Assembly: GCF_020745735.1 (NCBI RefSeq)
Contig: NC_083403.1
Location: forward strand, 62,281,003 to 62,345,002
Direction: 5' to 3'
Length of the DNA: 64,000 bases
From: Hemiscyllium ocellatum
Taxonomy: Eukaryota
The translations under genes were made by a program, and so were the position numbers. Each line of letters starts with the position of its first letter. Position 1 is the first letter of the stretch. This document shows positions 52,761-64,000 of this stretch, piece by piece. The notes beneath the pieces were generated by a model. It saw only the letters and a list, made by a program, of their open reading frames with translations, had not been told where the DNA came from and ran no database searches.

Positions 52761-52981
52761 TTCTGCTCCAACGTTTCTCAACAACTGCCACTTTTAAGAG
52801 TTCTAGCAGTAGCAGCATGGGTCCTAACTGATGTCTGAGGTGCACAGAGAGACAATAAGGGGTCTTAAGGTAGAGGCAAGTTGAACATGCTAGCAGTAAA
52901 TCATCAAAACCAGGCTACTCACAAGCAATGCCACAGTAAGGCCCATTTTAGTATGTTAAACAAAACGTTAAAACATTCAAT

Positions 52982-53179
52982 GGATGTTGTTAGTCTGAAA
53001 CAAAAACAGAAATTGCTGAAAAAGCTCTGCAAGTCTGGGAGCATCTGTGCAGAGAAATCAGAGTTAATGTTTTGGGTCCGGTGACCCGTTCTGAGGAAGA
53101 GTCACTTATCCTGAAACGTTAACTCTGACTTCTTTCCACTGACGCTGCCAGATCTGCTGAGCTTTTCCAGCAATTCCTA
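52982..53179. mobile_element. fold-back PLE-derived mini-element (family C) with + hammerhead motif 53088-53123
   Basis: GTT-CTGAGGA..GAAAC-GTT-AAC with decayed stem II; TSD TTAAAACATTCAAT at 52968-52981 and 53180-53193. Confidence 0.8.
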
Positions 53180-54439
53180 TTAAAACATTCAATCTGTTTT
53201 ATGGTTGAAGACTCTTAATTTTATCTTTCTATTGCCTTTCATTGCTGTTGGTGGGCTTACTTGCTAAACATATGTTCCTTAGTGTATTTATCTAGACTGC
53301 AAAGATATCAGCCAGAAGGTGCACAGCAAATGCCACTGCTCATGGACTGGGGCCAGCAAATTGTTTGCTGCAGTGCATTGCTAAGATTGCTATTTTCATC
53401 TCTCTGCCATCAGCAGCTCTAGTCGAGTGAGATGTATGCATCACGCAATCATGGGAATAGGTGCAGAATTAAGTTACTTAACAAAGAAATGACTTGATAA
53501 TTGTAACAGAGACATGGAATCAGCATTGCAAAAGATAGAGAATTTAAACTCTCCCTCTCATCCTCCAACAAAAAGTGATGTCTAGTACCTGACACAATAG
53601 AAACTGAGGTGAGCATATTTTTTTTTCAAATAAATATGGATATGTGATATTCATCAATTATCACTTACAACAGCTCAGCGTTCTACTTAACAATGCCAAG
53701 TTTAGTCTCTATTCAACAAATATTTGCATATAATTAAAAAGGCATTTATTGCAGCTTTTGGACAAGCAGGAAATTTTAGCTCAGCGTAGGTTTCTATCTT
53801 AGTTGCAGCAACTAGGAGACTGTGTTATTTTTAATTGTCAGGAAACTGTCTGCCTGGAACAAGCATAAAGAGAAAGCAAAAAACAGCTGTTTGAAGGTGA
53901 ATTTTGGGGAGGCTTTGGTCTTATGCTCACTTTGAGGAAGTGTCGTTCATTTTTGACAATTTGGAGGGTCTTGCAGGAGGAAAAATTGAAGAAGTAGTCT
54001 TGGGCAGGTGGATGCAATTTTCTTTATGGCGCCCAGAGGAGAACTTCTGCTCCTACTGATCGCACAATGAAAACTTGTACATTTATCCTAAGGGCTATTT
54101 CTGCCTTTAAACATGCTTGATTTTTATGGTTTTTACCTGCTCTGGGCAGGCACACTATCCATTTGCAAAACCTTTACAGTATTCATTGGAGATGGCTGAT
54201 ATCTGAATAGATATGTAACCTGCTCATTTTTAACTGTACCCCCTACAGGCAGGCAGATGAGGTTCAAGTATTCTTCATAGTTCAACCTCATCAAAATCTA
54301 CAACTTAAGTCAATTGACTGGCCGATTTAAAAAAGCATCTAATTTCAATAACAAATCTCTGCATTGAAAAGTTTAATATTGTTGAGTCACCATATTTCAT
54401 TGCAACTCGTGTTTCAATTTAGTTAGGTATAGGTCTAAA

Positions 54440-55200
54440 TCTGCAAACAGCTGCCACAATAAAATGTATAAATGTGAGGTGATGCATTTTGGGAGGTCAA
54501 ATGCAAGAAGAAAGAATATAGTAAATGGCAGAACCCTTAGGACTATTGATACATAGAAAGATCTTAGGTACAAGTCCATAGCTTCCTGGAAGTGGCAATA
54601 CAAGGGAGTGGAGGTAAAGTGACCATCAGACATGTTTGCCTTCAGTGATCAGGACATTGAGTATAAAAGTTGGTAAGTGATGCTATAGAGTCACAGAACC
54701 ATACAGCATGGACACATCCCCTTCGGTCCAACTCATCCATGCCGACCAGATATCCCAAATTAATCTAGTCCCCTTTGCCAGCCCTTGGCCCTCTAAATAT
54801 CCTTACTCACCCAGATGCCATTTAAATGTTGTAATTGTACCAGCCTCCATCATTTCCTCTGGCAGCTCATTCCATACACACACCAACCTTTGTGTGAAAA
54901 AGTTACCCATAGGTCCTTGCAGCTGACTAAAATTTTAGTTAGGCCACATTTGAAGTATTGTGTACTATTCTGATTGCCACACTATAGGAAGGATGTAGAA
55001 TATTTGGATAGCGTGCAAAAGAGGTTTGCTATGATGATGCCTGGATTGGAGTGTCTTAGCTATGAAGAGAGGTTGGACAAGTTTGGATTGTTTTCACTGG
55101 AGTGTTGGACGCTGAGGGACAACTTGTTAGAAATATATAAAATTTTGAGAGGCATGAACAGGGTGGCTAGTTTTTGTCCCAACATGGAAATATCGAATAC
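54440..55200 (+). mobile_element. CR1 RT fragment with an opposite-strand CR1 tail nested at ~54686-54915
   Basis: KCEVMHFGRSN..PHYRKDVEYLDSVQKRF..LSYEERLDKFGLFSLE; the insert resembles 33260-33470. Confidence 0.82.
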
Positions 55201-56488
55201 TTTGATTCAGTTGCTCTAACACAATTACAGTGAGGCAGCAATGGACAATTTCCTGACCTAGATTGTACACAGTTCTGAGCAGCCTGGAAAAATGATGGCA
55301 GCAAAAAGTATTATAATGTTATTGTAAGACCATCATTAAAATATGCAGTCACTACTCCTGAGTTTGGCAACAATGCCTTGTGACATATTCAGGCCACTTG
55401 AGAGCTTCAGGCACTTTGCTGAATTTGGCAAATTATTTTCTTCTTCTGAGCATCCTGTAGTATATTTAGATTCTAACTCTTCAATTTATTATATGTCCTT
55501 TATGACACTTTACAATACCACTCTCATGGTTGCATGTCTGCAATATGAAGGAACATTTCTTTTAGAAAATTCAATTATCCAAATTCCTTGAGTTCTGACA
55601 GCAGTTTATTTAGAACAAGACTCTTACTAGTTTACTGCATTTTGTGTTATTTTGTTCCCTCCATTTTCCCTCTTCTATATGTTTCTATAACCACTTTGTG
55701 GCTATCTGTTGTCTCTTACAAAAAGTTAGGTCTCATATGAACCAAGATGGTTAGTGCCAATTGGCACATTAACTATGGAGGGTATTGAGATTAAGCAATC
55801 CTGCCAAACTAAGCATGTTGTCTAGGTCTGATGGCCACAGGCCACTACGATCTCCAAGGTCATTGGAAAGCAATTGAGGACGTTCTGGCTGATGTTTTTC
55901 TCTCCAGTCTTCAGTAGCTGAGTCACCAGCTACTGAAGACAGTGATCTTGCTAATGTCCAGCTAAGGTAAATTAACTCACCACAAACCATGACTCATACC
56001 TCAGACCTTTTAGATCTATGTGGCTCACTGCCACAGATTTTAACCAAAGACTATAAAAGGTTTCCTTTCTTTGTTTTGAACCTTGAGAATTGGGTTGGTG
56101 TTATTCCCAAAATTATTCTTCGAATCTCTTTCTTGCCGTATACTGTGAGAACAGGAATTCTAAAGGCAATATGACAATGATATCAAAAGCTGCTACTTGC
56201 AGCTGATGGGCAAGAAAAAGATTGATAGCAACCGATTGACCATCATTCACTGCCTTCCCTTCATGAATTATAACAATATATACAAACTTGTTTTTTCAAA
56301 CCTTTAGTATGTTATTGCTTCTCAAATACCAAATTAATGTATTTACATGTGATCTCAGCTTCAGATTCTTGTTTTCTAACACATTACTGGATATTATTAA
56401 GGATTAAAATTTACCCCTTTAAAAATAAATTAAGAGCATGAGTACTATTAAGAGACTACTTATAACCATTTTCCTATGTTTCTCTCAG

Positions 56489-56977
56489 GTCTGTGAAAAA
56501 GAGAAATTACTGACGGAAAGGAACCAGCTGAATGCTTGTATGGGAGAACTATGGGATAATTTCTCATGCCTTTGCCAGGAAGTATGTGGTGATGTCCAGT
56601 TAAACCCAGAGCAGATACAGTCATTGCACAAGTTTTGTCCAGTATTTAGGCCGATGGATGAAACTGCAGCTACAGGCAGTACCACCTTGCCCATTGCTGG
56701 ATTAGAGCAGAAGATCTTGAAAACACCGTGCATTGGAGATGGTATGCAGTGCTGTTCAGAGCAAGGAGAGTCCCATCATCAGGACCAGTGGTCACCTAGC
56801 CACAATGTAGAAGTGTGCACATCAGGAAATCTGCAAGGGATTCTCAACCAAGGAACATGCTCAGAAAGGGGGCCCTCACTTGAACAGTGCAGTCAAACTG
56901 TGACAGTAGATTTCTGCCAGGAAATGACTGATAAATGTACAACTGACGAACAGCCTAGGAAAGATTGCACCGAATGA
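56489..56977 (+). CDS. BACH2: BACH2 last coding exon (leucine zipper end, C-terminal cytoplasmic localisation signal), 162 aa + stop
   Basis: Acceptor TTTCTCTCAG|GTC; VCEKEKLLTERNQL..FCPVFRPMD..SQTVTVDFCQEMTDKCTTDEQPRKDCTE-TGA. Confidence 0.97.
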   Translation, partial: VCEKEKLLTERNQLNACMGELWDNFSCLCQEVCGDVQLNPEQIQSLHKFCPVFRPMDETAATGSTTLPIAGLEQKILKTPCIGDGMQCCSEQGESHHQDQWSPSHNVEVCTSGNLQGILNQGTCSERGPSLEQCSQTVTVDFCQEMTDKCTTDEQPRKDCTE

Positions 56978-59900
56978 CTTTTTAAATTCTTCCATCTTAT
57001 TTGTTTCCCTTTAAAGTAAGCAGGAGGTTCAGTCGGGATGCAGGCAAAGTTCATCTATTGATGTTTTTTTCTCTTCAATGCACACTACAACAGTCTTAAA
57101 CTGCAGCAATATTTGGTCTAGGTATTATTCCTCAGAACGGCTGAGGTTTATCCTCAATGGTGCTATACCTTGCTTGTGCAGGGAATTTGACAGTGATGAC
57201 ACTGTTATTTTATTATGATTATTAATTATTGTTATTAGGATTTTGGCCTTCATTCTCAAAAGGAAATGGGTCAACAACCCACTTTACCTTGAAGGACCCA
57301 ATACATAGCTCAGTTGTCTTTTCAGCAAGCTTGGTGGCCCATGTCACACAACAACTCAGGAAATCTTCTGAATATTCAACATAACTCAGTACATGTCAGA
57401 GATGATTTTTCATCTAACACCTATTTACTGTAACATACTCCTGCATCCTGTGTTTTAATCTTTAGAATACTGGAACTCACCATCTGGACTGTACAAAGAA
57501 TTTGGTTACAACATTCCCATTTTGCCTTCTGCAGAATCTGACCGAAACTTTTAAGAATTTAGACAGTTATGTTTTCGCACTTGAGCAATATCACCTTCTT
57601 TGTACTTCATTGTAAGTAAAAAAAAGGATTAATTTGATGTAAATTAAAATGATAAGACATCTCTGGCACTGCTTTGAAAGGTGCCTTTTGAGCAGGGAAG
57701 ATTTGTTATTATTGCTGATGTAGAACGATACTGGTCAAAACTGCCACTTGCACTCTGTCAATGGATTTGTGATTTCCTACCTAGTGCATTGCACACACAC
57801 GTTTAAAAACAAAGAAAAGGTGTTCAGAATGATGTTAACAGCTTATCTACCTTCCCTACCTAACCAAGCACTGAGAGCTAATCCAATTCACTGTAGCCAC
57901 TGAATTCTCAGAAATAATCTGGAATGACCAATAACAACTTTTGTAAGTTCAGCTCTTGGTATTCATCAATATTTCCATTTTTAGCTCTTTAAAATTATGT
58001 TCAAAAGATCTTCTGGTTGGAGAGTGAGTTAAACACTGATGTGGATAGAAAATAAAGCACTGGTCATTGAAGCTAAATAAAGTATGTACAAACTTTTGAT
58101 AAGTTAGAAAGTTAATTTGTTTAATATACTTTCCAAATTACTATATTTATAATATCTCTGCAATCAATTTTTTTACTAAAAACAAAAACAGCCACCTGTT
58201 CCTAGGCATGCCACTATTGCTTTCTTACTAATTGTGCATAAAGGTCTCACCCAAAATCACCTTTTCAATTCTCCCTCCTTTTCTCTATCAAAGCAAGTAA
58301 CTTGCTCAGTTAAACAGTCTCTCGTAACTTAAGTTGTGTCACAGTAATCCTGGTGCACAAATTCACCTGAAATGGAGCTGTCCCACCTTGTATTAACATT
58401 CAAAATTCCTACTATGCTGCATGATCATTCAAGGGACCAGGTGACATTTTTGTCTTTACAATTTGGGTTCATCAAATCCACTGAAAAAGATGACTCATTA
58501 ATCAGTTCTAATTCATCCAAGTCACTTTTGAGTGAAAATCAGTTGTAGAAATTAAATAGTTGTATCTTACTGTACAATAGTAAATACAATTCCAAAGTAC
58601 ATCATCAGATGTAAGGAACTTTGGGACACCCTGTGGTTCTGAAAAGTGGTGTATTAAATATTAATATACAAAGTAAAGGATGTTACAAGAGAAATAGGTA
58701 CCGTCACTGCAAAGTAGTAAAGCATTCCATTTCCCAAGTTCCTGACACTAACAAAACAGTGTTTAAAAAGATAAATCATTCCTTCCAACTGGTGTCAACC
58801 TTAAGAGAGCTGAACTGGTAATGTACATTGGTGTTACGTACAAACAATCTTTTCAATACTTAGAGCAACCTCAGCAACAATGAAGTCTGACAAGCTGAGG
58901 TAAGGACCCCAGCTCATTAATGTTGGGAAAGGAAAACATTAGAAACTAATTGCACTGAAAACAAAAAAAACCCACATACCTAAGGGTCAATTTTGGAAGT
59001 AAATATATAGAACTTAATTTGCATTGTACGTTCTGACAGAGCTTATGCTAACAGCAGGTGTGCCAAGTAAATGCTGCTACTGTTTAGTCCATAAACTTTG
59101 CAGCTGTAAAAATATAATTTTGAACATATTTAGCGATTCTAAGAACTGCATTTAAAATATCATGACCATAAAACAACCTTATTTTCTTGAAATTCAGCAA
59201 ACATTAATTTAGCCTGACATGTTTGCAAGTGCCAGTTTTTACTTTGTTGCAAGTTTTATTTGAGAACTCAACTTTTGTTTCTGATGCAGCTAGGTGTGTT
59301 TAGCAGTTACTCTTGCTGAGCAACACTTTCAGTTTCCAAAAGCAGGAAATGTGAACATTTGTCAAGATCGTGCATTTCAAACCACTGCTCAAACAGCATT
59401 TTTTTATGCTTCAGGAAAGTTAAGCTTCGTATCCATAATTTAGCAGTAAACAGTTTGCATATTTGCTTAATTAATTATATAGCCATTTTTGTTACTATTC
59501 TGAATCCTGTTACGTACAAAACTGTTATCAGGTAATTAACAGGAAGCATTATTTATCTCCCGAGTGTTCTTGTATTACACAGTACCCAGACAACCTCATT
59601 TCATTTAGTTATATATTGTTGACAAGTTATAAAAGTCAGATTCGGTATTTCAGTTCATAATCTAAAGGTGCCTTCTTTTATTTCAAATTGATTCTGGAAC
59701 AGACTATTTTTTTTCATCAACTTAGTGTAGGTACTGTAAGATTTATAAGGTATAAGATCAACTGTAAGATTTCTAAGATATAGGATCAACTGCATACAAT
59801 ACAATATAATTCTTGTTATTGCTGAAAAGAAAAACATACTGAAGGTATTCGTCTTGCACTCATCAGGATAAATGCAAGAATGCCAAATTTCAAATAATCT

Positions 59901-60450
59901 CAATTTCTCCCTCAAAGAAATGGATGTTGATTGGTTGTCAAGTTGACTGTCATTGGACAAAGAATTGTCATGGAATGTAGGCTCCCTAATCTCCCTGACA
60001 AATTCTTGCTAATGTATTGTCCTTGAGAAGATTGTTAATTTGTCAGTGCTAAACCAGAGATCAATGTAATGAAGTTCATCACTGAAAAGTGCAATGATGT
60101 TTCTATCTGGGAGAATGTATAAAGTTAGCTTCTACGGAAAACATAGCCAAACACCAGATTTTATATTCAGTCAAAATAATTGGGATAATTATTTTTCAAA
60201 TGTGTTTATTTATTGTCTAAAAGGCCTAGCATACTCTGTTTTCTTTGAACTACAATAGATAATATACAGATACAATATTTCTTTTACATGTCATGAACTG
60301 ACCAAAGTATTACATTCAGTGTTTTGAAAATTTGCCCCGCTAAAAGTGCTGGTTTCAGTGCTTCTTCCTTTTTCGCATGTTAATTTATTATTTGCCATTT
60401 TGATTCCATCATCTTGAATAAGTAGTTTCACCACAAAAAAAATGTTAGAA
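56978..60450 (+). other. BACH2: putative BACH2 3' UTR (3' end undetermined, may run further)
   Basis: Follows the stop codon; AT-rich, no recognisable transposon for ~3.5 kb. AATAAA at 58051, 58076, 60943, 63361, 63579. Confidence 0.6.
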
Positions 60451-60520
60451 TGTGCAAACCCAATTTCAGTGCTGATTGGTTACTTGATCTTAGCTGGGAT
60501 GCTGACTGGAGTACGACAGA

Positions 60521-60703
60521 GTTGAGAGTGAGGTGCTGAACAGACACAGCAGGTCAGGCAGCATCCGAGGAGCTGGGGAATCTGATGAAGGGCGAATACC
60601 TAAACATCGATTCCCCACCTCCTCGGATGCTGCCTGACTGCTGTGTCTTTTCAGCACCACATTCTCGACTCTGGCCTCCAGCTTCTGCAGTCCTCACTTT
60701 CTC
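60521..60703 (+). mobile_element. fold-back PLE-derived mini-element, hammerhead core decayed
   Basis: Inverted arms around CTGATGAAGGGCGAATACCTAAACATC; TSD CTGGAGTACGACAGA/CTGGAGTACAACAGA at 60506-60520 and 60704-60718. Confidence 0.85.
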
Positions 60704-63700
60704 CTGGAGTACAACAGATAAATTCATGCTCCTGGAATGAAGAAAGGAAAACGTACCAGGCAAATCATTGCTGATTGATGTCCAGCAATCCGAGTGTGAA
60801 TATCAGGTCAGGATAGGATCAGGCTTGGATTTGTCTATGAAAGGCTTATCTATACTCACTGCTGAGACTCCAATATGAATGATGACCACTAGTGGGCCAT
60901 ATCCTTGCATGGAGGCAATGACCACTTAAGAGGGAGGGAACAAATAAAAACTCACGATATTTTGTTCATATTATGTGTTAAGATTGGAGTAGATGTGCAG
61001 AATATTTGCATGAATCCTCGATACAGCATAACGTAAATTCCTGAAGTAGTCCCATTAAAGGAAAACTCTCTGCTGATGGAAATCAAAGTCATTGTTCCAT
61101 AATGACTTTTCAATCTGATAATATAATTGAGCTGAATTAGCACTAAACATCTAGATTCTCATGAGTATTTTGCACTTTGGACTGGTTAGTTTTAAAGTTT
61201 CGTCTCCGTGTTCTGTGCTATTAAACTCATTTAACATTTGTGCTGCAGTTTTAGGAGTAGCATTCGCTGTAATTTTAATTGCTGTTCTAAAATTCCTGAT
61301 TTTCTTTTTATCATTCTTTCTTATATCTAGTTTGATGTTTTCTTTATGTCATCAATCTCTGTTCCCTCTCTCTTCAAAAACCACCATTGACTCTTGAATT
61401 TATACCACATCACTTAGAATTGGCTCTGATAGCACACAATTAGTTTTGTCCTAAAGGTCAGCTTGTCAGAATGTTGATCTGGGTGATTGGATTCAATCAA
61501 ATCATGTCAGCAGAATGATTGGTAAAACTTCGAATATTTAGCTATTTTAAGGAAATGCGGACAGTAGAAATTAGTAGCAACAGAGGTAGGTGAAATCAAA
61601 AGTGCTCAGACTTTTAGTAGATTCAAGTGAATCATTCTGGAATGTGTATCTGCTAATTTAGTTCAGCTTTCTCTTAATTAACTTTAGAAACCACTCTGAG
61701 CATATATCCTAGTGATGTCCTCAAAACTCAAATCAATGGATTCTGGTTTAAAAACAAAAAAGTATTAAAGATATTTTGCATTCAGCTCAGTTATAAAAAG
61801 TATTCAAATTGTTGAAAATCAATCTTTGTCATTAACCTTTTCATCATCATCCAGTAAATATGTCACTGTACAATGAAAAGTAAATACAATGTGAATTTTC
61901 TGCCTGTTTTAAAAATGGATTTAGATGCATCATTGAAAAATTCGAATAGGTAGAGCATAAGCACAGGCCTCTGGGATTCGACTTATGATTGGAAGAGATT
62001 CATTCATCTGCAGTAGCCTTCTGAACTTCCTCCTGGTCAGTGGCTCGAACTATAGTTCTCAACATCACCTATTCTTATTGTTGCCTTGTAGCTTTTTGAT
62101 CTATTAAAGTTGCAATATAAATGGGAGTTGTTACAGTTGTATTGAGGGGCTTCCACTCCTTTCCCAGCTCTAAAGTTGCCTACATTTGCCTGGTCCAGGG
62201 TCCTGGCATTTAGAATCTCAGTAGTGCTTGTTGTCTCAGTAGTAGCCTCTGCTTCAAGTGATGCTGCTGTAACTAATGAGCTGCAGGTTAACCAAAATGG
62301 CTGGCATCAAAAATATGGCTTCTCCCTAGTGAGAATCTCTAGCCAATTAATACTCTATCCAATTAACCACACCATCCAAAAAATCCTGCCAATCATGTAA
62401 GTTAGAAAAGAAAAAGTCTGTGGTGTCTGAAACTAACTTCTTGAAAGAATGGTTAAAAGCAGGAAGTCTCACTGCATTCAAAAAATACCTCATAGCTGTG
62501 GACCACATGCTGGCTGCTGGTACAAGATGAGACAGTTCCTTTTCATCTGCAAGGGCACAGTAGGATGACTGGCCTCATTTCTGTGCCATAAGGTTTTATG
62601 TTTCTATATTAAAACTCTTCAACTGTTCTCTATTAGCTTATAATCCTAGAAATTGGCCTCATGCATTATGGGTCACCACTAAAGTTCAAGTTGACTTTTC
62701 ACATATTGAGCACGTTGTCGTTTTGTCCTTTCAGGATTTTGTGTTTCTATTTTCAACACGTAGATTTTATTTTAATTTCAGTTCTTGCTGTATGACTTCT
62801 AGAACCAGTGCGATTTACACTCCAAAGGGGAAATTTTACTTCCCAGTGAGAAACCAGCAGGAAGCGGGATTCTAATTTTGGAGTTGCAGAAACCGTTTTC
62901 CTGACTTAAGCAATTCTGCATCCTGCCAGTCTAGCTTCACACTCAGCACAGACCCTGGAGAGTATATAAGTCATCTAAGTCACTGGAGTGGAGGGGCTCC
63001 AATTTCAATTGGATTTCAACAGGTCTTGGGGAGCATCAGGATGGCAACAGCCCAAACATCCCTAATATTCCACTATCCTGGAAGGTTTAATGAGCTAGCC
63101 CGGCACAATTGTCCTGCTCAGTAGGCTACTAAAGTTTCATCAGGATCCTATGCAAGTGGTAATTCAAATGAATTTTATGAGTCTGCTGACAGTGAACAGG
63201 TCAGCTGTCAAAACACAACAGCAACATTAAGATAGCTGGAGCTTAGAGTTTGTGCAGGACATTTAAATCAGGCTCCTCTTGGATTCCATCAGGCCAAGGA
63301 GTTAGAAATTCCCATTGAATAATTGGAAATCAATGCAAGGGTGGTAATTGGATATTCATAAATAAAGTTACGCAGACAAATACCATTAACCAGCTCAGTA
63401 TTCAAATTAGGTAAATTCATAATGATGATAATACATGAGAGGAAAATAAGAACATTTGAAAACCTTTTTTTACAACTAAAGTATTATAGTTGACATCATT
63501 TTATATCTAAAATGCTGTTCATTGATTTTTTTTGAAAAATATGGTGCTGCAGCAAAAAAATGTATTTGTTCTTAAGAGAATAAATACCTGTTACATTCAT
63601 CAGGTTGTCATATGTGGTTTTCTCCAAGGTAACAGTTACGTTATATTTTTTCATCCATTGAAAAGGCCCTGTTAATCGTGACAAAACATTTGGTATTTGT

Positions 63701-64000
63701 TGTTTATGCTATGGCATGCCAGGGTAATTTTGCTAGTTTTTGATTTTTTTTTGTGTGTGAGCAGGAAGGATTTCTTCCATCAATTTAATGTGGTGTGATA
63801 AAATGCATTACTACTTTAACTGCTGGTATTATTTAATGTATAAAATACACAACTGCTGAATTCCTATCAAATTCTAAATAAGAGGTGAATCAATTTAAAA
63901 CTAAATGGTCAACAGTGTGTGACTTAGAAAACCCTTTGTGTATAGTTTGTTCCAGAATCATATTGGAATCAAATGCACCTTCACTCTTGCCTTATGTAAC

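Noticed and set aside
56438-56488. ATG-initiated 179-aa ORF as an independent gene
   Set aside because: The first 17 codons are the acceptor region; the rest is the last BACH2 exon.
33934-56977. Assignment to BACH1 or an NFE2L gene
   Set aside because: [36 protein letters not shown] and DFCQEMTDKCTTDEQPRKD fit BACH2 as recalled.

Overview
Vertebrate genomic DNA, most likely a cartilaginous fish (shark), judging from HE1/V-SINE-like, Deu-SINE-like and CR1 repeats and the protein sequence. The only host gene seen is BACH2 on the + strand, with three coding exons (33934-35463, 50678-50884, 56489-56977; 741 aa; all junctions phase 0, GT-AG) and a repeat-poor putative 3' UTR. The ATG exon encoding the N-terminal half of the BTB domain is not seen and presumably lies upstream, so 1-33933 is probably intron. 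The introns are packed with CR1 LINEs, tRNA-derived SINEs, Harbinger transposase remnants, a pogo/Tigger-like MITE and many Penelope-like element (PLE) derivatives. The most striking pattern is about a dozen minimal hammerhead ribozyme motifs in 4-5 sequence families, with covarying stems and loopless palindromic stem III. Most ride on ~150-220 bp fold-back mini-elements with 8-16 bp target-site duplications (TSDs), whose inverted arm is antisense to the ribozyme region. Repeat names and human comparisons are from recalled motifs, not database searches; boundaries of old repeats are approximate.
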